From Betaproteobacteria bacterium (GTDB lineage: Bacteria; Pseudomonadota; Gammaproteobacteria; Burkholderiales; SG8-39), in assembly GCA_034668045.1 (NCBI GenBank), contig JAXDQC010000071.1, positions 1-57,229 on the forward strand: a stretch of DNA of 57,229 bases. The letters are read 5' to 3'. The notes beneath the pieces are model-generated. The model had not been told where the DNA came from and did not search any database. It saw only the letters and a program-made list of their open reading frames with translations. Of this stretch, positions 26,727-37,204 are shown in pieces. Position 1 is the stretch's first letter. Each line of letters begins with the position of its first letter. A program made the translations under genes and the position numbers.

Positions 26727-28550
26727 ATGAAAACCATTTTCTTCCTCAGCACGATTTTCCTCGCCGCGCCGGCGGCCGCAGCCGATGCGCTTCTCAGCGG
26801 CACGGTCAGCTCGACGACCGGCCAGAGGATGGCCGGCGTCACCGTCTCGGCGAAGGCCGACGGCGGCACCATCAAGACCAGCGTGTACACCGACAAGGCG
26901 GGTCGCTACTACTTCAGCGCGATGCCCGCCGGCAAATACCGCATCTGGGTGCAGGCGGTGGGCTTCGAGACCGCCAAGAGCGAGGTCGACCTCGCGGCGA
27001 ACCGCAAGCACGACGTCAAGCTTGCCGCGCTCAAGGACGCCGAGCTCGTCTTCCGCCAGCTGCCCGGCTACCTCGCGCTCGCCGCGCTGCCGGAGGAGAC
27101 CGACCACGACAAGCTGATGAAGCAGATCCTTCGCAACAACTGCACCAGCTGCCATACGGCGAGCTACCCGCTGCAGTTCCGCTTCGACCAGGCGGGCTGG
27201 AATGCGGTGCTCGAGCTGATGAAGAACGCCAACGTCTATGGCACCTTCGTCGGCAAGGAGCGCGGCGCCTCCGACATCCTGCAGCATCACCAGAAAGAGC
27301 TCGCGGCGTGGCTCGCCAAGGCGCGCGGCCCGGGCAAGAGCACGATGAAGGTCGCAATGGAGCCGCGCCCCGCGGGCGAGGCGGCGCGCGTGGAAGTGCG
27401 CGAGTACGACATGCCGCTCGACCCGGACGCCGGCCTGCCGAGCTATTTCGTGCAGAACGACGGCACCGACTGGATGCTCGCCACGCCCTCGACCATGATC
27501 CCCGGCTGGGGCGTGCACGACTCCTGGCTCGACGACAACGGCAACGTCTGGTTCACCTGCAACATCCCCAACCGCCAGACTTCCATCGGCAGGGTCAACA
27601 GCAAGACCGGCGAGGTGAAGCTGTTCAACATCCCGGCGAAGAGCGGGCTCGCGGCGCAGAGCCATGGCATGACGCGCACGCCCGACGGCATGATCTGGTT
27701 CAACATCAATCCCGGCAAGGGCGGCCTGGGCCGCCTCGATCCGAAAACCGAGAAGATCGACGTCTTCATTCCGCCGGAGGGCATGTCGGGCACCGGCGGG
27801 GCGACCACGGTCGACTATGACGGCAAGGGCAAGATCTGGGTGTCGGCGCCCGACGGCGTGCTGCGCTTCGATCCGCAGACCTCGAGCTGGACCGATTACA
27901 AGACGCAGACCTTCAAGACCGCGACCGGCACCGGCATCACTTACGGCGCCGCGGGCGATCGCAACGGCAACGGCTACTGGGCGGTGATGATCCACGACAT
28001 CATCGGCGTCGCCGACGGCACGACGGGCAAGGCTTCCGAGATCAAGCTCGCGCCGGTGAAGGCCGACTGGGATCGTCTGAGCGCCGAGCAGAAGGCGTTC
28101 TACCAGAGGTTCGTGCAGCCGGACTTCAACAACCCGCCGCCTTATGCCCAGGGGCCGCGGCGCATGGGCACCGACAAGAAAGCCGATGTCCTGTGGGTCG
28201 GCAACTCGTGGGGCGCCAGCCTCGCGCGCATCAACACCGTCACGCACGAGACGACCTACGTGCCGCTGCCGAACCGCATGCAGCCCTACCACGTGCATGT
28301 CGATAGCGAGCATCGCGCCTGGACCAACCTTTGGGGCGCCGATCGCGTCATGCGCTACGACCCGAGCAAGGCGCAGTGGACGGCGTTCGACCTGCCGACC
28401 CGCGGCTCCGAGCCGCGCTACATCTCGGTCCACGAGGCGCCGGGGCAGCCCATGCAGGTGGTGCTGCCGTACTTCCGCGCGCGCAAGATCGCCGTCATGA
28501 CCCTGCGCGGCGAAAGCGACCTGAAGACGCTCGCCTCGCAGGCGCAATAG
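26727..28550 (+). CDS. Secreted carboxypeptidase-regulatory-like + CxxCH heme + Vgb-like beta-propeller protein
   Basis: LSGTVSS..GVTVSA..TDKAGRYYF..GKYRIWVQAVGF, CTSCH, repeats DGNVWFT, PDGMIWF, GKGKIWV and LWVGNSWG. Confidence 0.8.
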   Translation: MKTIFFLSTIFLAAPAAAADALLSGTVSSTTGQRMAGVTVSAKADGGTIKTSVYTDKAGRYYFSAMPAGKYRIWVQAVGFETAKSEVDLAANRKHDVKLAALKDAELVFRQLPGYLALAALPEETDHDKLMKQILRNNCTSCHTASYPLQFRFDQAGWNAVLELMKNANVYGTFVGKERGASDILQHHQKELAAWLAKARGPGKSTMKVAMEPRPAGEAARVEVREYDMPLDPDAGLPSYFVQNDGTDWMLATPSTMIPGWGVHDSWLDDNGNVWFTCNIPNRQTSIGRVNSKTGEVKLFNIPAKSGLAAQSHGMTRTPDGMIWFNINPGKGGLGRLDPKTEKIDVFIPPEGMSGTGGATTVDYDGKGKIWVSAPDGVLRFDPQTSSWTDYKTQTFKTATGTGITYGAAGDRNGNGYWAVMIHDIIGVADGTTGKASEIKLAPVKADWDRLSAEQKAFYQRFVQPDFNNPPPYAQGPRRMGTDKKADVLWVGNSWGASLARINTVTHETTYVPLPNRMQPYHVHVDSEHRAWTNLWGADRVMRYDPSKAQWTAFDLPTRGSEPRYISVHEAPGQPMQVVLPYFRARKIAVMTLRGESDLKTLASQAQ

Positions 28551-28563
28551 CTGCCGAAAGCGG

Positions 28564-29943
28564 GTGCGGGCGGCCCTTCTCGGCTGCGGGCTGCTTGCGG
28601 CGGGCACGGTGCTCGCCCAGCAGGCGCCGCTGCCCGAGCTCGGCTCTGCGCCCGCTAAGGAGGAGAAGAAGAGCTACGCCATCCCGGCGGCGGAGATCTT
28701 TGCCTTCGACTTCCTGCTCAATCGCATCGACCGGCGCATCTACGGCGACGACTACGCCGTCAGCGCCTCGTCGATCAGGCGCAACGCGCGCGGCGGCTGG
28801 GTGGTCGACAGCGACCCGTACAAGGTCAACCAGCTGCTGCATCCCTACCAGGGCTCGATGTACCACGGCTTCGCGCGCTCGGCGGGCCTCGGCTTCTGGG
28901 AGTCGCTCGGCTATACGTTCGGCGGCAGCCTGCTGTGGGAGATCGCCGGCGAGACGACGCCGCCTTCCAAGAACGACCAGATCGCGAGCGGCATCGCCGG
29001 CAGCTTCCTCGGCGAGTCGCTCTACCGCATGGCGAACCTCGTGCTCGAGAAGGGCGAGGGCGCCAGCCTCTGGCGCGAGCTTTCGGCGGCGGCGATCTCC
29101 CCGCCGACGGGCTTCAACCGCGTCGCCTTCGGCGAGCGCTTCTCGCAGATCCTGAACAGCAGGAACCCGGCGTACTACAGCCGGGTGCAGGTCGGCGCGA
29201 GCGGCACCATCTTTCGCAAGGAAGGCGACACCAGCGACATCAAGCGCAACGAGCTGCTGGTCGACTACCTGCTGGACTACGGCCTGCCGGGCAAGCCGGG
29301 CTACCACTACGACCGCCCGTGGGACTACTTCACCTTCCAGGTCACGGCCTCGAGCGCGAACGCGATCGAGAGCCTGTCGACGCGCGGCCTGCTCGTCGGC
29401 CGGGAATACGAGGCGGGCGAGCGCTATCGAGGCATCTGGGGCCTCTACGGCAGCTACGACTACATCGCGCCGCAGGTCTTTCGCATCTCCAGCACCGCGC
29501 TCTCGCTCGGCACCACCGGCGAGGCGCGCTTCGGCGACGCCATCGCCCTGCAAGGCACCGTTCTCGCGGGCGTCGGCTACGCCGGCGTCAGCAGCGCGCA
29601 CGGCACGCTCGATACCGACTATCACTACGGCACCACGCCGCAGGGGCTGCTTGCGCTGCGGGCGATCTTCGGCGACCGCGCCTCGCTCGACCTGACCGCG
29701 CGCGAGTATTTCGTCAGCAAGGTCGCCGGCGCCGGTAACGGCGGGCACGACAACATCGCCCGCGCCGACGTGAGCTTCACGACGCGCGTGTACAAGGAGC
29801 ACGGCGTGGCGATCAAGTATCTCTGGTCGCGCCGCGACGCGACGTTTTCCGACCAGGCCGACCTCTCGCAGAGCCGCACCACCATCGGCCTCTACTACGT
29901 TTACCTCGGCCGGCAGCGCTTCGGCGCCACCGACTGGCGCTAG
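28564..29943 (+). CDS. DUF3943-like outer membrane protein
   Basis: Signal peptide, DSDPYKVNQLLHPYQGSMYHGFARSAG, WEIAGETTPPSKND, beta-strand-rich C-terminal half. Confidence 0.75.
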   Translation: MRAALLGCGLLAAGTVLAQQAPLPELGSAPAKEEKKSYAIPAAEIFAFDFLLNRIDRRIYGDDYAVSASSIRRNARGGWVVDSDPYKVNQLLHPYQGSMYHGFARSAGLGFWESLGYTFGGSLLWEIAGETTPPSKNDQIASGIAGSFLGESLYRMANLVLEKGEGASLWRELSAAAISPPTGFNRVAFGERFSQILNSRNPAYYSRVQVGASGTIFRKEGDTSDIKRNELLVDYLLDYGLPGKPGYHYDRPWDYFTFQVTASSANAIESLSTRGLLVGREYEAGERYRGIWGLYGSYDYIAPQVFRISSTALSLGTTGEARFGDAIALQGTVLAGVGYAGVSSAHGTLDTDYHYGTTPQGLLALRAIFGDRASLDLTAREYFVSKVAGAGNGGHDNIARADVSFTTRVYKEHGVAIKYLWSRRDATFSDQADLSQSRTTIGLYYVYLGRQRFGATDWR

Positions 29944-29952
29944 ACTGGGCGG

Positions 29953-30618
29953 GTGATCCCGCGTTTCGTCGCGCTGCTAGTGCTGTTCCTGCTGTACCTG
30001 CCGTGGGCCGGCGCGGCGAGCGACTGGGACCTGAAGATCGACGACAGGGAGGCCGACCTCCAGATCTTCAGCCGGGTGAACGAGCGCGGCTACCCCGAGT
30101 TCCGCGGCGTGACGAAGGTGAAGAGCACGCTGGGCGGCTTCGTCGCGCTGTTCAAGGACCTCGACCACATGCCCAACTGGGCTTACCGGATCCGCAAGGC
30201 CGAGCGCCTGAAGGTGATCAGCGAGATGGAGAGCTACGCCTACACCATCAATTCCCTGCCGCCGCCGCTCTTCGACCGCGACGCGATCGTGCACTCCATG
30301 ATCACCCAGGACGCGGCGACGCTGAAGATGACCTTCCGCGGCAGCGGCGCGCCGGACTTCGCGCCCCGGAACGACCGCTACGTGCGCATGCCGGTGGTCG
30401 AGTCGTCGTGGACCTTCACGCCGCTCGGCGGCGGCATGGTCGAGGTGGTGTTCGAGGGCTACGGCGACCCGGGCGGCACCCTGTCCTCGGGACTTCTCGC
30501 CTGGTTCATCCGCATTTCGCTCAGCGAGGCGCCCTACCAGACGATGCTGCAGATGAAGAAGTTCGTCACGCGGCCGGAGTACCAGGCGGCGAAATATCCG
30601 TTCATCCGGGAGCCGTGA
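29953..30618 (+). CDS. START-domain (SRPBCC) lipid-binding protein with signal peptide
   Basis: WDLKID, EFRG, PNW, LPPPLFDRD, WTFTP, DPGG. Confidence 0.78.
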   Translation: MIPRFVALLVLFLLYLPWAGAASDWDLKIDDREADLQIFSRVNERGYPEFRGVTKVKSTLGGFVALFKDLDHMPNWAYRIRKAERLKVISEMESYAYTINSLPPPLFDRDAIVHSMITQDAATLKMTFRGSGAPDFAPRNDRYVRMPVVESSWTFTPLGGGMVEVVFEGYGDPGGTLSSGLLAWFIRISLSEAPYQTMLQMKKFVTRPEYQAAKYPFIREP

Positions 30619-30619
30619 T

Positions 30620-31314
<695 letters not shown>

Positions 31315-31318
<4 letters not shown>

Positions 31319-32061
31319 GCGGCGATTCCGCCAAGATACGCGCGGCGCACCTCGGGATGGCGCTGGATCTCCTCCGGCGTCCCCTCGGCGATGAGGCTGC
31401 CGAAGTGCATCACCGAGATGCGGTCGGAGACGCTCATGATGATGTCGATCTTGTGCTCGATCAGGACGATCGTGTAGCGGCCCTTGAGCGAGCGCACCAG
31501 CTGCACCATGCTGCGCGTTTCTTCAGGAGAGAGGCCGGCCGCCGGCTCGTCGAGCAGGAGCACGCGCGGCGCAGCGGCGAGGGCGAGCGCGAGCTCGAGC
31601 TGGCGCTGCTCGCCGTGCGAGATCTCGCGCGCCAAGACATTCGCTTTGTCGATCAAGCCGACGTCGGAGAGTGCTTGCCTCGCCCGCTGTGTGACCTCTT
31701 CGTAGTGAACGGTTTTTCTCCACACCAAACCCTTGCGCGTCCCCGTTGCGAAAGCCGCCGTCCAGACGTTGTCGAGCAGCGAAAACGCTGGAAAGACGTT
31801 GGTGCGCTGGAACGAGCGCGCGAGGCCGAGGTGGGCGATGCGATGCGCCGGCGTGCCGGTGATCTCCCTGCCGTCGAAGACGATTCGTCCCGAGGTCGGC
31901 GGGAACGTCCCGGTCAGCAGGTTGAACAGCGTGGTCTTGCCGGCGCCGTTCGGCCCGATGATCGAATGCAGCGACCCGGCCTCGATGGAGAGGCTCACGC
32001 CGTTCACGGCGGTGAGGGCGCCGAACGCCTTGCTCAGACTCTTTGTTTCGAGAAGCGCCAT
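31315..32061 (-). CDS. Branched-chain-type ABC transporter ATP-binding protein (LivG-like)
   Basis: [38 protein letters not shown]. Confidence 0.93.
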
Positions 32062-32954
32062 AGCTTGTTCCAGGCTTCCACGACTCCGCCGCGCAAGAAC
32101 ATCACCACGATCACGAACGCGAGGCCGAGCAGCAGCGGCCAGCGCGCCCACACGACGCTCATCGACTCGGAGAGCCAGATGAACACGAACGAGCCGATGA
32201 TCGGCCCGTAGAGCGAGCCCGAGCCGCCGATCAGGGTCGCGAACACCACGTTGCCCGAGGTGACGAAGCTGATCGCCTCCAGCGGCACGATGCCGAACAG
32301 CATGGCGTAGAGCACGCCGGCGGCGCCGGAGAAGGCGCCGCCGATGACGAAGGCGAGCAGCTTGAAGCGCGGCACGTTGTAGCCCACCGCTTCGGCGCGC
32401 GTCTCGTTCTCGCGGATCGCCACCAGGATCTTGCCGAGCGGCGATTCGACGATTCTTTTCATGGCGAATAAAAAAACCAGAAATATCGCCGAGACGAAGA
32501 GGTAGTAGTTGAGCGGATTCTTGAAATCCAGCCCGAGGAATTCCGGGCGCGGGATGCCCGGCATGCCGTCCTCGCCGCCGGTGACCGTGGTCCACTGGTA
32601 GGCGACGAAATAGAACAGCTGGTTCAGCGCGAAGGTCAGCATGATGAAGTACAGCCCCGAGCGCTGCACGCACAGGTAGCCGACCAGCAGCGCCGAGAGC
32701 GCTCCGACGACGACGCCAACGCCGAGCGCGGCGAATACGCCGATGGCGAAGTGCTTGAGGAGATAGCCCGCGACATACGCCGCCGAGCCGAAGAAGGTCG
32801 ATTGGCCGAACGAGAGCAGGCCGGTGTAACCGAGCAGCAGATTCAGGCCCAGGCCGAAGATGGCGAAGATCCAGATCTCCGAGGCGATCGCCGGCCGCAC
32901 CACGAACGGCAGCGCCACGACCGCGGCGAGCAGCAGGAGGGTTTCTTTTTTCAC
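32034..32954 (-). CDS. Branched-chain-type ABC transporter permease (LivM-like)
   Basis: NLLLGYTGLLSFGQ, TGGEDG, AIRENETRAEAVG. Confidence 0.93.
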   Translation of the reverse strand: MKKETLLLLAAVVALPFVVRPAIASEIWIFAIFGLGLNLLLGYTGLLSFGQSTFFGSAAYVAGYLLKHFAIGVFAALGVGVVVGALSALLVGYLCVQRSGLYFIMLTFALNQLFYFVAYQWTTVTGGEDGMPGIPRPEFLGLDFKNPLNYYLFVSAIFLVFLFAMKRIVESPLGKILVAIRENETRAEAVGYNVPRFKLLAFVIGGAFSGAAGVLYAMLFGIVPLEAISFVTSGNVVFATLIGGSGSLYGPIIGSFVFIWLSESMSVVWARWPLLLGLAFVIVVMFLRGGVVEAWNKLWRFSKQRV

Positions 32955-33808
32955 CGGATGCCGAACAGTCCCTGTGGGCGCACGAGCAGCACCAGCGCCA
33001 TGACAGCAAAGATCACCGCGGTGGAGGCCTCGGTCCAGTACGCCGCGACCACCGCCTGCGCGACGCCGATGAGCAGGCCCGCGGCGATGGCGCCGAGCAG
33101 GTTGCCCAGCCCGCCGAGCGCGACCACGACGAAGGCGATGCCGAGCATGTCGACGCCCATGCCGGGCGAAAGGCCGCGGATCGGCGCGGTCAGCGCGCCG
33201 GCGATGCCGGCGAGAAAGGCGCCGATGGCGAACGCGATGGTGAACAGCCAGTGGATGTCGATGCCGAGCAGCGACACCATTTCCTTGTTCTCGATGCCGG
33301 CCCGCATGATCGCGCCGTAGCGCGTCTTCTCGAGGAACAGCCAGGTCAGCACCACCAGCAGGCCGGCGAGCAGCATCACGAACAGGCGGTACTTCGGATA
33401 GAAGGTGAAGCCGAGGTCGACGCCGCCGCGCAGGATCGCCGGCGGCAGCTGACTGATGCCCACCGGCCCCCAGAGGACGATGATCATCTCGTTCAGGATC
33501 AGCGCCAGGCCGAAGGTGAACAGGAGCTGGTAGTCGTGCCCCGCCGCGTACAGGCGCCGGATGCCGAGGTACTCGATCGCGAGGCCCAGCAGCGCGACCC
33601 CGAGCGGCGCGACGAGCAGCCCGATCCAGAAGTTGCCGAACAGATTGATCAGCGAAACCAGGAGATAGGCGCCGACGGCGAACAGCGCGCCGTGGGCGAA
33701 GTTCGGGATGTTGAGCACGCCCGTGATGAGCGACAGGCCGAGGCCCATCAGGGCGTACAGCATCCCGGTCGCGATCCCGTTGAGGATCTGGCCGAGCAGC
33801 AGGTTCAA
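32951..33808 (-). CDS. Branched-chain-type ABC transporter permease (LivH-like)
   Basis: NFAHG, KTRYGAIMRA, VVVALGGLG, RPQGLFG. Confidence 0.93.
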   Translation of the reverse strand: MNLLLGQILNGIATGMLYALMGLGLSLITGVLNIPNFAHGALFAVGAYLLVSLINLFGNFWIGLLVAPLGVALLGLAIEYLGIRRLYAAGHDYQLLFTFGLALILNEMIIVLWGPVGISQLPPAILRGGVDLGFTFYPKYRLFVMLLAGLLVVLTWLFLEKTRYGAIMRAGIENKEMVSLLGIDIHWLFTIAFAIGAFLAGIAGALTAPIRGLSPGMGVDMLGIAFVVVALGGLGNLLGAIAAGLLIGVAQAVVAAYWTEASTAVIFAVMALVLLVRPQGLFGIR

Positions 33809-33811
33809 AAG

Positions 33812-35017
33812 CTAAAAACTGCCGATGTCTTTACAGGCGGCGTATTCCTTCGGCAGCGGCGCGTTGCCGGTGGCCACCACGTCCGCGAAGTCCAGCTCGT
33901 GCTTCATCGCCGACTTCGGCTTGCAGCGCAGGAAGAAGTACGGCCGCAGGGTCTGGTGGGTCGCGCCGTCGACCTTCATCGGCCCGACGATGTCGTTCAT
34001 CTCCAGGCCTTCGAGCGCCTTGACCACCGCCTGCACGTCGTCGGACTTCGCCTTGTCGAAGCCGGCGAGCAGCATGCGCGTCATCGAGTAGGCGGCGGAA
34101 GGGGCGTAGCCCGGAGGCAGCTTGTACTGCGCCTGATAGCTCTTGACGAAGGCCTTCGCCGCCGGCGTATCGGCGGTGTAGTAGAAGTTCGAGCCGACCC
34201 ACAGGTTCTCCCGGATCTCGGGCGAGAGCTGCACCAGCTCCTCGACGCCGGAAGACCAGCTCATGATGAGCGGCACCTTCGGCGTCAAGCCGAAGTTGAA
34301 GATCTCGCGCGCCCCGGCGACGGCGTCGCCGCCGAAGTTGATCATCACCACCACGTCGGGCTTGTTGGCCGCGGCCTTCTGCACGTAGTTGGAGAACTCG
34401 CGCTCGCCCAGCGGATGGCGGTCGGCGCCGACGAACTCGATGCCGTGCGCCTTGCCGACCTCCTTGATGTACTTCTCCACCGACCAGCCGAAGGCGTAGT
34501 CGGCGACCAGCAGGTGCCAGCGCTTCGCCTTTGGATTGGCCTTCATGAAATTGTCGACCACGGTCTTCGCCGCGGTGTAGGGGCTCGCCGCCCACTGGAA
34601 CGAGTAGCGATGGCAGCGCGAGCCCGAGATGTCCTCGGTGCCGCCGCTGAACAGATGCACGACCTTCTTGCGCTTCGCGACTTCGGAGACCGCGAGCGCG
34701 ACGCCCGAGGACCACGGCCCGATGACGAATTTCGCGCCTTCGGCATCCACCGCTTCTTCCGTGCGCCGGGTGGAGGTGCCGGCCTGCGTGCCGCCGTCGC
34801 GCGTGATGTACTTGATCGGCTTGCCGAGGATCTTCATGCCACGCTCCTCGAGCGCCATCTTCATGCCGCGGTCGTTGAGCGGGCCGACGTCGGCGAACGC
34901 ACCGGTCTGGTCCCAGAGGCCGAGGATGACGATCTCTTTCTGCTGCGCGCGGATGATGCCGGGGAATCCCAGCGCCGCGCCCGCGGCGCCGATCTTCAGA
35001 ATGTCTCTGCGCTTCAT
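33812..35017 (-). CDS. ABC transporter substrate-binding protein (Tat signal, LivJ/K-like fold)
   Basis: MKRRDILK, GPWSSGVALAV, ADYAFG, HPLGEREFS. Confidence 0.9.
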   Translation of the reverse strand: MKRRDILKIGAAGAALGFPGIIRAQQKEIVILGLWDQTGAFADVGPLNDRGMKMALEERGMKILGKPIKYITRDGGTQAGTSTRRTEEAVDAEGAKFVIGPWSSGVALAVSEVAKRKKVVHLFSGGTEDISGSRCHRYSFQWAASPYTAAKTVVDNFMKANPKAKRWHLLVADYAFGWSVEKYIKEVGKAHGIEFVGADRHPLGEREFSNYVQKAAANKPDVVVMINFGGDAVAGAREIFNFGLTPKVPLIMSWSSGVEELVQLSPEIRENLWVGSNFYYTADTPAAKAFVKSYQAQYKLPPGYAPSAAYSMTRMLLAGFDKAKSDDVQAVVKALEGLEMNDIVGPMKVDGATHQTLRPYFFLRCKPKSAMKHELDFADVVATGNAPLPKEYAACKDIGSF

Positions 35018-35087
35018 GGCTGCCTCCTACCAGAGGTGAGAGCGCAGCCTACACCCGGCAAATGGGGCGGTGGGGCACAATCCCACT

Positions 35088-35513
35088 ATGCTGAACATCC
35101 GCGGCATCGACCACGTGGTCCTGCGCGTGCGCGACATCGAGGCGATGGCGCGCTTCTACTGCGACGTCCTCGGCGCGAGCCAGGTCGCCTACCGTCCGAA
35201 GTTCGGCATGACCCACCTGCGCGTCGGCGCGTGCATGATCGACCTGGTGGCGGTCGACGGCCCGCTCGGCAAGCCGGGCGGGGCTGCCGCCGGCAGCGAA
35301 GGCCGCAACATGGATCACCTCTGCCTTCGCATCGAGCCCTTCGATCAGGACGAGATCGTCGCCTGGCTGAAGAAGAAAGGCGTCGCCGTCGGCGATATCC
35401 GCGACCGCTTCGGCGCCGAGGGCAACGGCGTGTCGATCTACCTCGCCGATCCCGAGGGCAACACGGTCGAGCTCAAGGGGCCTTCGGACGCGAGCCCGGT
35501 GCCGCCTTCGTGA
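35088..35513 (+). CDS. VOC/glyoxalase family protein
   Basis: IDHVVLRV, FYCDVLG, NMDHLCL, RFGAEG, DPEGNTVELK. Confidence 0.9.
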   Translation: MLNIRGIDHVVLRVRDIEAMARFYCDVLGASQVAYRPKFGMTHLRVGACMIDLVAVDGPLGKPGGAAAGSEGRNMDHLCLRIEPFDQDEIVAWLKKKGVAVGDIRDRFGAEGNGVSIYLADPEGNTVELKGPSDASPVPPS

Positions 35514-35517
35514 CGCG

Positions 35518-35871
35518 CTACTTCTGCGTCACGCCGATGACGACGTAAGTCGTCTTGCCGACGTTCCTGACCACGTCCTTGTCCGCTTCCATCCAGACCG
35601 CCGTCCCGGCCTTGCGCTCGTAGACCGACTTCTTGCCGTCCTTCGTCGTGCGCTCGAGCTTGCCGTCGGTGACGACATAGTTGGTGCGCGCCTTGCGATC
35701 GGCGCGCGACACGTCGCCCGGCAGGAACGTGGTCTCGGTGACGCGCACCTTGGCGTTCTCGAGCAGGACCTTGATCTGCGGCGCCCTTTCCTTCGACTGG
35801 GCGTGAAGCGGCCCGGTCGCAACGAGACCGAGTGCCAGAGCAGCGGCGCTGAGAATGCGAGCAGTGGACAT
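35518..35871 (-). CDS. Secreted cupin-like protein
   Basis: Signal peptide, KVLLENAKVRV, VVRNVG; the metal-binding His residues are absent. Confidence 0.7.
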   Translation of the reverse strand: MSTARILSAAALALGLVATGPLHAQSKERAPQIKVLLENAKVRVTETTFLPGDVSRADRKARTNYVVTDGKLERTTKDGKKSVYERKAGTAVWMEADKDVVRNVGKTTYVVIGVTQK

Positions 35872-35923
35872 GGTTCTCCTCCCCGTGAAGTAGGATTGAT
35901 GTTGCCATTTAACGGGGAGCGCA

Positions 35924-36367
35924 ATGCGACGAATTATCGCGGTAGCAGCGTTTCTTGCACTCGCCGGCTGCGCAGCGCCGGTGGTGCAGATGTACGAGGG
36001 ACAGACGCGCGCGCCCTCGGATCAGGTGATCGTGCGGGTCGAATCGCGCGGGCAAACCTTCGCGGGCGAGTGGGTCGACATCCAGCAGGTGGACGACCAG
36101 CCGACGCTGAAGAAAGCCCAGGGCTTCCTGAGCGGGTCCTCTGGCGCGCAGGCGGTCTACCTGCTGCCGGGCAAGCACACCCTGCGCCTGCGCTACCGCG
36201 CACGCGGCGCCGAGGTGACCGCCAACCTCTGGTTCGTCGCCGAGGCGGGCAACTCGTACCTCATCAAGGCCGGGCAGACGGGCGACGGCCTGAAGGTCTG
36301 GATCGAGGACGAGAAGACCGCCAAGCCGGTCGGCGGCGTGCGCGGCAGCGCCGACGAGCCGAAGTAG
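35924..36367 (+). CDS. Hypothetical lipoprotein
   Basis: Lipobox LAGC, YEG..R, LLPGKHTL, AEAGNSY. Confidence 0.75.
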   Translation: MRRIIAVAAFLALAGCAAPVVQMYEGQTRAPSDQVIVRVESRGQTFAGEWVDIQQVDDQPTLKKAQGFLSGSSGAQAVYLLPGKHTLRLRYRARGAEVTANLWFVAEAGNSYLIKAGQTGDGLKVWIEDEKTAKPVGGVRGSADEPK

Positions 36368-36371
36368 CGCC

Positions 36372-37196
36372 TTAGAGGCGACCCTCGGCGCGCAGCTGCT
36401 TGCCGAGCTCGACGATGTTCGCCTCGCCTTTCACGAGCGCCTGCTCGCTCGTGTGCACGGAGTAGTTGCCGAGGAAAAGCTCGTGCGGATGCTTCACGGC
36501 CGAGCCAAGGATGAAGCCGGTGTCTTCCAGCGCCTCGAACTCGAGCGTGCGGTTTCCCTCCGCGAACACCGCCAGCTCGCCCTTCGTCACGGGCTCCGGC
36601 GTGGCGACGCTGCCGCTGTGGACGGCGATCCACGCGATGTCGTGGCCCGTGGGCATCTCGTAGCGCCAGATCTCGCCCTTCTTCAGCGCGACGTCGAGGT
36701 AGTTGAGGGTCTTCGGCGCGGGCAGCTTGCTCGCGGCTGAGCCGTAGCGGCCGAGGATGACGCGCGCCGGCCCTTGCGACTGGAAGTGCTCGCGGCCGAG
36801 GTACTGCGCCTGCGAGGGCAGGCTCTCCATTTCCGGCGGCAAAGCGATCCAGAGCTGGTAGCCCTTCACGCGCGCGGTTCCGGCCGCACCGCCGGTGTGC
36901 CAGACGCCGCCGCCGGCGCGCATCCACTCGACGCCTTTCGTGTCGATGATGCCTTTCGTACCGGAAGTCTCCTCATAGGTGAGCTGTCCCTCGAGGACGA
37001 CCGTGACCGTGGCGATGCCCGAGTGCGGGTGGAAGCCGATTCCCGGCGAGCGCTTCGGATCGAAATCGAAAAAATCGAGGAAGACGAACGGCTTGATCAG
37101 CTCGCCGACGTCGCCGGGGCTGACGAGTCGGGTGATCGCGCCGTGGCCGTTGCCGCGCGTGCGCAGCTGGATGTTCTTTTCGAGGGTGGAGTTCAT
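36372..37196 (-). CDS. Pirin family protein
   Basis: KPFVFLD, HPHSGIAT, WMRAGGGVWH, QLWIALP. Confidence 0.9.
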   Translation of the reverse strand: MNSTLEKNIQLRTRGNGHGAITRLVSPGDVGELIKPFVFLDFFDFDPKRSPGIGFHPHSGIATVTVVLEGQLTYEETSGTKGIIDTKGVEWMRAGGGVWHTGGAAGTARVKGYQLWIALPPEMESLPSQAQYLGREHFQSQGPARVILGRYGSAASKLPAPKTLNYLDVALKKGEIWRYEMPTGHDIAWIAVHSGSVATPEPVTKGELAVFAEGNRTLEFEALEDTGFILGSAVKHPHELFLGNYSVHTSEQALVKGEANIVELGKQLRAEGRL

Positions 37197-37204
37197 GGCT
37201 GGCC

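Noticed and set aside
26727-28550. Virginiamycin B lyase resistance gene
   Set aside because: Vgb is a cytoplasmic propeller-only enzyme; this protein is exported and has extra beta-sandwich and heme domains.
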